This document shows positions 12,363-24,011 of a DNA stretch of 64,000 bases, in pieces; within the stretch, counting starts at the first letter, position 1; each line of letters begins with the position of its first letter. Both the position numbers and the translations under genes were made by a program. Below the pieces are notes generated by a model. That model was not told where the DNA came from and ran no database searches. It was given only the letters and a program-made list of their open reading frames with translations. The DNA lies in contig NW_008246096.1 of NCBI RefSeq assembly GCF_000281045.1, positions 163,727 through 227,726 on the forward strand, read 5' to 3'. The DNA comes from Saprolegnia diclina VS20 (taxonomy: Eukaryota).

Positions 12363-12901
12363 CTACAGGTTGCGCGCCGTCAAGTAGTCGGCGATCGCCG
12401 TGCCCACGGTCGCGTCGAGGTCGAGCTCCATGATACCGTCGCTCGACTCGGCGAGGCCCAGCTCTTCCTCAGAGCAGATCATGCCCTGTGAGACTTCGCC
12501 GCGGAGCTTGGACTTTTTGATCTTAAGCACCTTGTCGATGAGCGCGGTGGCGTCCTCGGGGTTGGGCACGCGCAGCGTGAGGCGCGTCCCGATCGTCGCG
12601 ACCGGGACCTTGAGCCCCTCGCGTACGTTGGGCGCGCCGCAAATGATCTGGACAGGGTCCACTTCTACTTGGTCATAATGTCGTTGGTATATGCGAAGAC
12701 GCAAGGCGGCGTACCGGGGCCGACGGTGACTTGGCACACATGCAGGCGTTCGGCTTGCGGGTGGCCCGTGACCTTGAGCACTTCGCCGACGACGACGCCG
12801 GGCAGACGGGCGGGCTTGGGCGCAGCGACGATGGGCTTGGGCACGGTGGTGGTGCTGCAAAGGCGGACAAGGCCGCGCGGGCGAAGCATGGACCGCAGCA
12901 T
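12363..12901 (-). CDS. Stand-alone tRNA-binding OB domain (PheRS-beta B2 / Trbp111 / YtpR-like) with predicted mitochondrial presequence; one intron
   Basis: Presequence-like [18 protein letters not shown], then [24 protein letters not shown]...[21 protein letters not shown]...[24 protein letters not shown]...DGIMEL. Confidence 0.88.
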
Positions 12902-13393
12902 GGCAAGGATGAGGAGCGATGGCCACAACTCTTGAAGTTTATCCGGATCCTCCGGATACCACGAATTTGGCGCGATGCTCCAAGGTCGAGCAAGAATGCG
13001 CCGAGAAGGTCACACGACCCGGAGGGCTCTGGGCAAAAACACTGGAAGAGATTTTTGCTGTTGGTGTCGTCAGGTTGTTGAGGTGTATCGTTAAATCACG
13101 GCGCCAACGGCCGCATCAATATTTGTACACCTGAGGACGCCCCAATTTTAGGGGCGGTGTTATTCGTCGGTGTTAGTTCGTAGAGTAGGACGCTATGGGC
13201 GAGCTACTCGTTGAACAGCTTTGATGCGTCGGCGTTTGGAGGACCTGGGTCGATCAATACAAACGACTTGGGCAGCTGCGAGAGAAACGCAGGTGGCGGG
13301 TGCTCGTTCAAGCGTGCAGCTGCGTGCTCGAAGGCTCTTCCTGCGAAACAAATCGACCGCACACTTGTTCATGAACTTCTTTTGTCACATCTC

Positions 13394-14501
13394 ATGACGC
13401 CACGTCACGGCCTCGTCACGCCGAAGCAAGGGCACGCGACACGTCGATCCTTGTCGCCCGAACGGCGCGGCACGACCGCCGTCTCAGAAAGGCAAGCTGC
13501 TGAGCCTGGGTCCGAGAACGGAAGCTTTGCGGTGGCTTGCCCATCCAACGGCCCCCGCATCACGCTGCTGCGGCGGTGACGTAGAGACTCGTTGAAAGAG
13601 CTCGAACAAAACGACGCTCTGGATGCTGGAGCGGCCAGTACGCTGCGGCGGCAAAAGATACTTGCTTGCCATGACGAGTCGCGCACCACATAGACACTCC
13701 AGAGTGGTAGCACCGCCTTCTTCTTCGACTTCGTGGGCGCCAGATCCAAATTTTCGCGGGTGGCGATGAAGGCGCCCGAGAGCCCCGACCGCCTCTCGTG
13801 GTCGTCGGGCATGCCCAGCATCACCAACTCGCTCACGGCGTGGACGATGCCAATCTACGAGATGGACGACGACTCGACGCTCGGTGAAACCTCGTCCGGC
13901 GGCTTTACGCTCCAGACCGATTCGCCGCGCCAAAGCCGGTCGCGCCGCTGGCTCGCTACATGCCTAATTGTCTGGCTCGCCGTGTGTGGCGGCGCCTCCA
14001 TCGCGCTCGTCCTCACGCTGCAGCACACGTCCACCGCGCCCCTGCCAACCACCACCATTAACAGTACGACGACGACGACCATTCTTCTCGTTCGAAACCA
14101 ATGCCAATCCGGCATCGACATCTACTACAGCCTGGACGCAAGCGAAGACCATGTCGTGGTCACCACCAACACCTCCATCCCAATCTCTACCAAAGGCCTG
14201 GCCAGCATCTCGGTGCGTCTCGGCGCATCGACGAATGCTACACGTACGTCGCCCCTTGTCGCCAAGCGCAAGAGCTTAAAGTACTCTACCCATAGGGTTT
14301 GCGTGGCTACGCCGTGAGGCGCAGCTCGCGAGCTACAGCATCACAACAACCGACGGGTTCAATACGGCCATGGCCGTGAAGTCGAGCGAGCCAAGCGCCT
14401 GTGCCGCAGTGACATGTCTTGCACCACCATGCTCGACTACCGCCGTCACTTGCCCGTCAACGACGCCTCTCGAGGTCACACTTTGCCCTGTCTCGGTCTA
14501 G
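13394..14501 (+). CDS. Type II membrane protein with a C-terminal small thaumatin/osmotin-like domain (multi-exon)
   Basis: Ser-rich N-terminal region, TM helix WLATCLIVWLAVCGGASIALVLTL, Thr stalk, then LLVRNQCQSGI...ASYSITTTDGFNTAMAV...CAAVTCLAPPC...LEVTLCP*, matching the thaumatin N-x-C, Y-x-I...DGFN and TFCP pattern. The 5' exon structure is inferred. Confidence 0.6.
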
Positions 14502-14859
14502 TGGGCATTATTTACTCTTTTAATTTAGTTTTTGTCAGATTACATTCAGTCGCAACTACGGATGAACATTCGTACTACTAGTAATATAGCAGCTTGTGCT
14601 ATAAACTTACGAAGACAATAGCAGCTTGGGCTAGACAATGAAGAAGAGTGGTGCCGTGGTCAAGTCAACGAGGTGCGCTTCCATGCGTGGGGCTTGTGAC
14701 GTGGCAAAAATTTCGAGTCCCTCGAAAACTTGATATTACACCCTATCCAAAATGAGGGTATTTTGTAGAGTCAACTGCAAGCGGAAGGATCCGAGGTACT
14801 CGTCCGCGCACGACGCGCGTCGGCCTCATGCACATGGCCGCGTAGGTCGATAGCTCTAT

Positions 14860-17800
14860 ATGCGCGACGCAATGCTACGCGTTGGCCTCTTCTGTGGCAT
14901 CTTTACGCTGCAATGGTACGAGAGCCCGGCAGCGACCCATCGTCTTGACCTCGTGCTACTAGCTGCATCACGGTGCTCGGCAGCGTGACCCGCGATACGA
15001 TCTTCCTGCGCATCTACGACTCGCGCTACATCTCGCACATGACAGTCCTCATGTCGTTTGCGTCCGCGTATGCCATGACGGCGGCCGCGCGCCTCCTCCA
15101 ACGCGGTACGATCGATGTCCAAAGCGCGCTTCCCACAGGCGACGTAGGCGTGCGCCCGACGGTTCTCGCGTGCGGCTTTCCATGCCTCTCGTCACTGATT
15201 ATGGTCGGGCTTTGGCTACTTTTGACGCAGCTTCCGCAGCTGCTGTACCTCTCGAGCATCGCGCTCTACGTCTGGATTGAGATTGCGATCCAGCTTCTCT
15301 CGCAGCAGTTTTGGGACCTCTGTGCCGCCGCGTTCACGGTCGCCGAGTCCAAGCAGTACTTTGGCGCTATCACATTTGGCTCAACGCTCGGCACGATCTT
15401 TGCCAGTTTTGCAATCATCCCGCTTCTCAAGGCATATGCGATTCCGACCGAAGGCAACGTGCTCGTCGTCGCACTGCTTATGGGCGTCCTCGGCGCCTTT
15501 ATGTGCTTCGTCACACCCCTCTTTGGCCTCTCGCCGCGAGTCAAAGCCAGCGATGGCGCTTCGTACATTTTTGCTTTTTCTACGATCTGAGTGGCTGAGG
15601 TTGTTGTAGGAAAGCGGCGTCGACGTCGTCGATCGTGTCGGACATTCAGAATCGGTCGTACCTCAAGCACGTGTGCTTCTTTGACATGGGCGCGACCTTG
15701 ATTCGCGTTCTCGTCGACTACCGGACGCTCTCGATCCTAAGCACGCACTCGGAAGAGACGCTCAAGTACTCGCTTGGCGCGATCAACGGTGTCCAGAGCT
15801 TCTTTATGATCCCGCTCCAGGTAGCATATTTGGTGGTTTTTGAGAAAAAGCAGCTGACGATGGAAGTAGCTGGTGTCGGGGCCGCTCTTTTCGTACTTTG
15901 GCGTCATGTACGGCATCTCGACGCTACCGTTGGCGATTATTCTCTATGGCGCGTCGACGTACTTGTCGTCGGTACGTATGGTCGTCGTTCTTTGTTGGCG
16001 GTTGACAGAATGTCGTAGTCGCACTTGCTTTTGATTGGCACACGCGCGCTCTACAACAGCGTGTCGCATGCGATCTTCAACCCGGCGCGGGAGCTGCTCT
16101 GGCTGCCGCTCAACGCGACCGACCGGACCAAATTCAAAAGCTTTGTCGTCGGCCCGTTCCGGTCGATTGCTCGTGTGCTCGGTGCGCTCATTTCGATCGT
16201 GCTCACGTCCGACACGATGCAGCGCTACTGCGGCCCTCGCTCGGTCAGGTACCTTTTTTCTTTTGTATCGAGGTATCGAGTTGAACTAGTGTGGTCATGG
16301 TGCTCTTTGGCGTCGCGTGGTTCTTTGATGCACTCGCCGCGCGGCAGTCGTATGCGACCGAGTTTTACGCATCGCTCAAGAAAGGTCACATGGACCTGAC
16401 GTCGCCCATCATTGACTTTACCACTGACCAAGTACGTTTGCGAGCGTCATGACGCGTCATTGCGATTGCGTAGGTCGAGCTCGTCCAAGAGACGCTTCGG
16501 AGCGGCGCGTCCAACCAAGTGGCTTTTGTGCTCAGCTTTCTGCAGCCGTCGCACGTTCCGCTCTTCCGCAGCGTACACTTTTTGCTTGCATGTCGTTTGG
16601 GCTTGAAAGAAAGTTGGGTGTAGGAGCTACGGGCTGTGTTTACGATGCCGGACGCGTCGTTTCACACGCAAATGCGCCTCATCGAGCTCCACGTGGCCAG
16701 CGCAGAGACTTCTAATGACGAGTCCAAGCGGATTTTCACTGTGGAGGACCTCCTCGCTGTCTATGACGATTGCGCCAAGCCGCAGGAGCTCCGCCTCGCG
16801 TGCCTTTTGGCGTGCGGCCACGAGCGCGGCGCATCGACGGACGCCCTTGCCGATGCACTGCACAACGCCAGCGACGTTTCAATGGTCGTCGGTGCGGCGA
16901 TCGCGCTGCTCCGGCGGACGCAGTGGATGGACGAGAAGGCGACGGTCGTGCTCCAAAAGCTGCTGCATGAGCCCCGTGACATTGAGGCAAAGGTCGTGTG
17001 CCTCCGCATCGTGGGCAAGGAGCTCCCGGAGCTCCTCGGCAACGGGTATCTCGTGTACCTTCTCCACGAAACCCAAGCGCCGTCGATCGTTCGCGCGGCG
17101 CTGCAGTGCTGTCGGCAGTCGAAGCGAACGTCGCCGATGCTGTTGCCCGCGCTTCTCAAATGGCTGCCCGACGCAACGCTGCGCACCGACGTCATTGACG
17201 CCCTCCAAGCATTCCCGCCCTCGGTGCTCTGGGAGTACGTGGTCAACTTTCTCGACAAGGCTGTCGCTGACGTCGCCCTCGAGCGCATCATTGGCGGGCT
17301 CCGGCTCGTGGAAGCTGCGGCGTTTCCGTCGGACGCCAAGCTCGACCTCGTCCTCAACATGATGGACTCGCTTCTCGCCAAGTCGAGCACGCCGTCCGAG
17401 CTCCAGCTGAGCCAGCTCTTTGGTCTGAGCCAGGTCGAGCTGCCGCTCTGGGAAGCCCTTGCGGACGCGGTGCTGCGGATCGTCGACCACCTCCGGGAGG
17501 ACGACAGCACCGACGTCCGCGTCTTGGTCAAGCGCATGGACCACATTGTGTCCACCCACGTGTTTCGCGGGTATCAGATGCAGCACCTGCGCCTTCTCTT
17601 CGAAGACCCGCACCACCACACACTGCTGTCGCATGTCGTGGAAGACACGCTGGACGTGCTGCTCCGCATGGTGCTCAAGCTCGCCTCGGTGCGGTTCCCA
17701 AAAGGCTTCAACATCCACGTCCTCCTCGAGGGCCTCCACGCCGACGTGCCCGAAGTGCTCTCGGCCGTCCAGGTACGAGTCTTACGGATACGAATACGGC

Positions 17801-19871
17801 TGAAACGTGGATCCACGGTTAGGAAGTCCTCGAGACGCTTTTACCATCAAGTGCCAAGCATACGCTCTTGCCGCTGCTGTTTCCGCACGCCCCCAAGGCC
17901 CCGATGGCGCTGCAGGTTGCGTGTTATCAGACGTGTCCATCTGACGTGCTTGGCGTAGCTGCTCAAGGACGTCAAGAAGATCCAAAGCACGCTGCGCAAC
18001 GACAGTTTGATGCGAACGATGCAGGACGACAGCATTGCGCTCGAGCTCTCATGCCTCGCGCTCGAGTACTACCTCCACGCAACATCCTGCCACGACCACG
18101 ACCACAGCGCCGAGACGGCGCGAGTGCTCACGGAAGCCCAAGCCGACCGTCTCTTGGCGCATAGCATCACCAAAGACTTGGTGTGCCGCGCGTTCCAGTG
18201 CGTCATCACCGACGAGTTCTTCTGTGTCGTGACGCACTCTCTCCGTAGAGACCCGCAGTGCCGGCGCGCCAAGGCTTTAGAACACCTCTTTCAACGAGCT
18301 ACGATGGACGCGGACCTCGCACCACTGGCCTTTACGACCTTTGACGTACGTGACTTGTTGTCTCGGCGTCTCAAGACAGGTCTGTCGCTGTGGTAGGTGG
18401 TCATGAGCCTGCGCGCGTGTGCACTCTTCCGATCGATCGCGGTGCTGGAGCTCGTGCAGAAGATCGCGTGTCACTTTGAACCGCGTCGCGTTGTCGCCAG
18501 CACAACCTTTGTCGAGGAAGGCGACATCGGTACGCCGTTCTCTCTCATATAAAAGGCAGCGCATCCATGCCTGTCGTAGCGTCCCAAATGTACGTTTTGG
18601 CCAAGGGATCGGTCGAGCTCCATCAAGCCAACGGCAACGTCCTCACGACACTTCATGACGGCGCGTGCGTCGGCGAGCTCGCACTGCTGACGAGCAAAGG
18701 CAAGCACTTGGCGTCCGCGACCGCGACGACCGACGTGGTCGTGCTCGAGATCTCGCGCGCCAATCTGCACGCGCTCATCCACGACAACACGGGCATCGCA
18801 CGCGGCGTTCTGGACGCGCTGGCGTCGACCTTGCGCTGGACGTACCTCCAGGTACCTTTTTCTATCCATGTTGAGACAAGGGTTCGGTTGATATCTTGAG
18901 CTTCTCTGGCAAACTAGCTCGAGTCGACCGAAGAGACGAGTCGACTGAAGCGCCTAGTCTTTGCGTCGCAAGTGTCGGTGGCCGCCAACGTTGATCGCGC
19001 GGCGAGCAATTTGCTCGCCAAGATTGGCCGCGCCCGGTCGCAGTCGGCGCACCTCCCGCCGCGATCCAAGCCGCACGCGCACCTGCTCGAGTACTCGAGT
19101 CTCAACTTGAGTGCCAAGCATTTCACGGCGACGCCGCGTGCGCAGGACGAGGTCACGTACTCGCACTTGGAAAAGTGCCTGCATCTCAAGGCGTCCAACC
19201 TCTTGAAGGACGTCGACGACGACCTCGTACCTACGAAGCGATCTGTCGATGGCGACTGATAACGTGGAGGCGTAGATTTCGACGGTCGCACAGATGGCAC
19301 AAGTCGTAGTGCTCCAGCCGCGCGACGTGCTGTTCGCCGAGGGGTCGCCGGCCAACAGCATTTACGCGGTCGTCGACGGCACGATTGTGCTTGCGATGAC
19401 CAAGGACGAAAAGACAACCGCGCTCACGCATTGCGGCGCTGGCATTTGCTTTGGCGAACTCGTACGTGCTCTCTTGCTTGACTCGACTATGTTCTAGTCG
19501 ACTCGTGGTGGTTCTAGTCGTTCATCAAGGGCTCGACGCATATCATGTCGGCCACCGCAGCGATGACGACGACGCAGGCGCGTGTGATTGTGCTCCAGAT
19601 CCCGACGTGGGAGCTTGTCGAGCTCGCCGAGAAGCACAACAAGCTCATGCACCTCGTCATGACGTGGATGTCGCGAAAGATTACGATCAAGATGAAGAAT
19701 GACGCGCTGTCGGCCATGACCGAGTACACGCACCTGCCCCTGCGGACGCTGCCGAGCTCGCCGATTGGCAGTCCGCGCGGCAGTCCACGCAAGAAGATGC
19801 AGTGGGACGACGACGACGACGGTATGGCGGACGGCACGACGGGCCTGCGTCTGCGCCAAAATACATTGTAA
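14860..19871 (+). CDS. NTT/TLC (Npt1/Npt2 ATP/ADP translocase-like) transporter fused to HEAT-like repeats and two cyclic-nucleotide-binding domains (multi-exon)
   Basis: NTT motifs VTRDTIFL, QFWDLCAAAFTVAESKQYFGAITFGSTLGTI and YNSVSHAIFNPARELLWLPL...RTKFKSFV. A helical HEAT-like region lies at 16636-17770. cNBD1 is MYVLAKGSVEL...GACVGELALL and cNBD2 is LFAEGSPANSIYAVVDGTI...GICFGELSF. Confidence 0.85.
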
Positions 19872-19916
19872 GAAGCCTAGGACCCTAGCCCCGTCGACGG
19901 TTCACGCTGGCAATGG

Positions 19917-20037
19917 AACCGGCTGTAGAACACACCGTTCGGTTTGATGCGAACCGGTTAAGAAACTAAACCGGTTCATATGTATCCGAGCCGGTGCATG
20001 CGACATGAAAACCGGTTAAGGCGGGCATCAACCAGTT
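19917..20037. repeat. Cluster of AACCGGTT palindromes in a short intergenic/promoter region
   Basis: Exact AACCGGTT at 19952, 19969 and 20010; variants AACCGGCT at 19917, AGCCGGTG at 19989 and AACCAGTT at 20030. Confidence 0.7.
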
Positions 20038-20059
20038 TCGAATCTTGCAGCGCGCTGGC

Positions 20060-21568
20060 ATGGTCTTCCTCGACGTCCTCCATGTGCATCCGCTCCGGAG
20101 CATCATCTTTGCGTACCAAGATGGGATCTACGAGGACCTGCGCCCGCGCTTCCACGAGTTCCGCCGCAAGGTCCGGTACAGCCTCGCGCACTATGCCGGG
20201 CGCGGCCACGACTGCTTCGTCGGCGGCCGGCTCGTGTCCTCGCCTTTCCACAAGACGCTGCTCGGGACCGTCACGGACCGCAATCTGTGCTTGGACGAAG
20301 AGGCGATGTATGACATTCGCTTCCCGCTGCACCTCGCCATCTACGAGGGCAAGCTGCATGTGGTGCAGCGCATCTTGGCCTGTCGCCCGGCGCTCGTCTC
20401 TGCCGACGCGATCGACTGCGCGTTTGCTTGCGGCAAGCTGTACATTGCCCGGTATCTCCTGCATCAACGCAGTAGCATGACGAATCTCTCTCGACAGACG
20501 CCAAAGCGCTCATTCAAGGGCAGGAGCCTACCCAAGTACGTCGCGTACTTTGGCCGTGTCGACCTCTTGCAGCTCCTCAGGACGTACACCGACCATGGTT
20601 GGGACGAGAGTGCCATGCAAGCAGCGATCCGACGTCGACATGTCGCGTGCGCCGAGTACCTCTGGGACACGTTCCCGACCACCGTCACCTACGACGATCT
20701 CTACCACGACGTCGCGATCGCAGGGCTCTTCTCGCTCGTCTTGCGCTGCGACAAAGCGCGGTTGCCTGTCTCGGCGCAAGTTCTGGCTGGCGCCGCCATT
20801 AGCGGTCACCTCGGCATCATTCGGTTCCTGCACGAGCGGTGGCGCCACGGCAATGCGACAAGCGCACTCAGCGCCGCCTACGCCGAGGGCCAAATGCACA
20901 TTGTGCGCTTCCTGCTTACGCACCGAAGTGAGTTTGCAGGTCGGCGCGGCGTCGACGCCGCCGCCACGTACGGCTTCTTGGACATTGTGCAGTCGCGTCT
21001 CGCTGCGGGCTACTGCGGCAGCAGCGACATCGCCTTCCAAGCGCTCTGCCACGGTCATTTGAACGTGGTCCGATACCTCTTGTACGTTGGGTACACGCTC
21101 GACCTCTCGACGGTATCGCCGCTGCTTGTGTGGTGCTGGGACGAGGCCAAGGTCGCGCGTGCGGGAACACTCGAGATGCTGGCCTTTCTGCACAGCCGGT
21201 CGTTTCGGTTTCGCGCCGTGTGGGTCGACTTTGCGGCCGCCGAAGGGTGTCTCGAGGCCGTGCGCTTCCTTATTGACGTCGCCCACGCACCATGCTCCCC
21301 GAATGCGATCGACAGCGCAGTGTTCCACCCCCCTGTGCTCGCCTACCTCGTCGCGCACACGTGCGTACGCTGTACGACCAAAGGGTTTGTGAACGCACTG
21401 CACTGGCAGACACCGCTGCGCGTCTTCGCGATGCTTTTGCAGCACTTTCGACCCGAGTGCACGCCGGAGGTCGTGCGCTGCGCGCAAATCGAGGCCCGCC
21501 TCGACGTACTCGAGCTCCTCCAGTGCGAACGTGTGTTTTCAACAGCGAGCCAGCATGGAGGAAGATGA
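20060..21568 (+). CDS. Ankyrin-like repeat protein (oomycete-expanded type), single exon
   Basis: Repeated units LHLAIYEGKLHVV, AAISGHLGIIRFL, AYAEGQMHIVRFL, AATYGFLDIV, ALCHGHLNVVRYL and AAAEGCLEAVRFL, plus an N-terminal IFAYQDGIY motif. Confidence 0.85.
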   Translation: MVFLDVLHVHPLRSIIFAYQDGIYEDLRPRFHEFRRKVRYSLAHYAGRGHDCFVGGRLVSSPFHKTLLGTVTDRNLCLDEEAMYDIRFPLHLAIYEGKLHVVQRILACRPALVSADAIDCAFACGKLYIARYLLHQRSSMTNLSRQTPKRSFKGRSLPKYVAYFGRVDLLQLLRTYTDHGWDESAMQAAIRRRHVACAEYLWDTFPTTVTYDDLYHDVAIAGLFSLVLRCDKARLPVSAQVLAGAAISGHLGIIRFLHERWRHGNATSALSAAYAEGQMHIVRFLLTHRSEFAGRRGVDAAATYGFLDIVQSRLAAGYCGSSDIAFQALCHGHLNVVRYLLYVGYTLDLSTVSPLLVWCWDEAKVARAGTLEMLAFLHSRSFRFRAVWVDFAAAEGCLEAVRFLIDVAHAPCSPNAIDSAVFHPPVLAYLVAHTCVRCTTKGFVNALHWQTPLRVFAMLLQHFRPECTPEVVRCAQIEARLDVLELLQCERVFSTASQHGGR

Positions 21569-21814
21569 ATCGTCAACAACACCGATGACGCACTCTAGTC
21601 GGCTGGAGTAGACTCTAGTCGGCCTGTTCACACCTTGGTTGACCACACTCTAGTCGTCGTCTCGTCCGTCGACTTTGCCAAAATGACCGAGCAATTGCAG
21701 ACCCCATGCAGTGTCGCCACCTGGTGCGCAAGCTTTTCTTATGGAAGCGGTGAAATGTGTACATGAGCAATCGACAACGTTGACAAAGCACAGTGAATTC
21801 ACATCCATCGGGGG

Positions 21815-23665
21815 TTAGCGGCAGCAAAATGTACTTTCGGAGATACGAAAGTTGGGTTTCATCGACTTGTACGCGGTCGCCGTCTGCTGCCGCTGGTGGA
21901 CCTGCGAGATGCGCGGCGGCGCCAACGGCTCGAACTCTTCGAATAGCGGTTGGCGCGGGGTCGTCGGCCGTCTTCGCGGCGTCGTTGGCGTCACGTCATC
22001 GGTGACCGAGAGTGTCGTCAGTCCGGTCTCCACCGTCGCATCGCCCTCGTCGACGCCGTCGACGCTAGCTTCGCTGGTCGACTTGGCATCCTCCAGCGCA
22101 GCATCGTCACCACCCAGTGTAGCTACGCGACTGGCGTCTGTCGCTAGAGGCGTCGCCGGCCGCGGCGGAATCGGCAGGCGCTGGAATGCATTCACCTTGG
22201 GCGACTCGGGGCGCTTGATGGGCGAGAAGGGACTCACGAGGTGGTTGCGACCCGACGATTTCGGCCGACGCTGCAGCAGGTTGCTACTGCTACTGCTCGC
22301 CTCGACCTTGGCCGGCGAGAGCTTGGCGGCGGCCGGTGTCACAAAGTCCATTGTTTTCACTGCGGCGGTGGGCGGGCGAAAGTGAAATTCGCGCCGGTCC
22401 GGCGTCGCGAGGTCCGCGAGGCTCTGGCGCGGCGCGGCCGAGCCTGGACGCGCCATGGGTATCTTGTCGGGCGAGAGCGTGAACTGCACCGTCGTCTTGG
22501 TCGCTTTGAGGTGGCTGCTGTTTTCGTTGCTGTTGTGGCGGTGGCGGTGGCGGGGGTACGGTTTCGGTGCAATGCCTTTGGCCTTGTTGTATCCCTGCAC
22601 ACGCTTGCTCGACACGAGAAAAGAGTCGCTCGTTTTTGCTCGCTGCTTCTTTGGGTCGACATGGCGGCGACCTGAGAGCGGCTCCTTCTCTGGAGACTGC
22701 TCCGTGAACAAGCCATTCGGCACATTGCTGTCGTGGGGGCAGTCGGTCTTCATGACCGACTGTACAAACCCACGCACGTCGACGATGCCACCGCGGTTGA
22801 AGGGCTTCAAGAGTTCGTGCATCTGGGCCTCGGTGAGTGCGATGCACAAAACATCTTTGATCGTCTGTCGAAGGTCGACAAGTGTGACGGCCGCATTCGT
22901 GCCGCGCTGCAACAACTGGAATGCCTGTCGCGTCTGGTCGACCTATGCCAGATCTGAGTCCCGACTCGAACGCAGAGTGTCTAGTCGTACGCCTTTTGGG
23001 GTTTTTTCGTGCAGCTTTTTGTAAATCTGGAGGCGCATCTCGTGCAACGTCCACGCCGGTCGACGCTCGTTCGCGTCGTGGTTGGAGAGGAACCGACCGG
23101 CGAGGTAGCTCGCGCGGTCTTGTTCGTTCGCACGACGTCGCTCGGCCGCCATGCGCTCGTCGCTGAGCTCGATCCACGACGTGCGCTCGCCATAGTCGTG
23201 GGGCAACACGTGGTGAATGAACTCGTAAATGTCGATGCGGCCGTTCTTGTCCGTATCGTACTTGGCAAAGAGGTGCTCAAACTCGGCGTCGATGAGCGTG
23301 AGCCCGAGCTTGTTGACCATCGTATCTTTGAACGACGTCAAGTCAATGCCTACACATGACCTCGAATAAAGCACACAAACAGGACCGATACCGTGGCCTC
23401 GGTTCTTCTCGAGGAGGCGGAAGGCTTGCTGGTAGATAAAGTTGCCACGGAGCTCGGTACGCTCCTGAATTTTCGCCCGCAACTTCTCTTCGACTTGGTC
23501 GAGGTTCCAGCGAAAGTACGTTGTCGCCGGTGGAGGGTCCGCCCGGGGTTTGGGCGGCCGGCGCAATCGCGGCTGCTCGTCCGGGAGGCCAACGTGGCCT
23601 TTCTCCGGAAGAGCGACCGCGAGCGGCGCTAACGTCGTCGGGCGGAGCGACTTGGCTTGCTCCAT
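21815..23665 (-). CDS. EF-hand calcium-binding protein with a low-complexity C-terminus (multi-exon; 3' end uncertain)
   Basis: Canonical EF loop LFAKYDTDKNGRIDIYEF, degenerate EF-hands (AFRLLEKNRGHGI; LLKPFNRGGIVDVRGF) and a Pro/Ser-rich tail. Confidence 0.75.
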
Positions 23666-24011
23666 CCGAGCCGGATGGGAAGTACTCCAACCACCGACGA
23701 CGCGCTGCCTGGCTATTTCGGCCAAGCGTTTTGCATCGCGCTGATTGGCCCCGACTATATCTTGAACGGTCGTGCGCGGGATCCACTTGATTGACGCGGC
23801 CGCATCGACGCGCTTCCTGAGTGGCCATCGCCAGCAAGGACACGATCTCGTATCCTTATGCTCGGTATAACGACGTCCGACAGGCGAGTGGGATCTATTA
23901 ATTGGTCATACGGCTATGCAACGTGGCTACGACTATCAAACATTCGACAGGAGGTGTCGGCGTCTCGCTACAAGGTGTGTGCGGTGGTCGGTGGCGTTAA
24001 ATAGCGTCAAG

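Noticed and set aside
14583..14636. Direct repeat ATAGCAGCTTG(T/G)GCTA x2 in intergenic DNA
   Set aside because: Only two copies, with no TIR/TSD or other support.
21590..21660. Three copies of ACTCTAGTCG between convergent genes
   Set aside because: Short and irregularly spaced with no flanking structure; not CRISPR-like and no cas genes. Probably incidental or splice-acceptor-like sequence.
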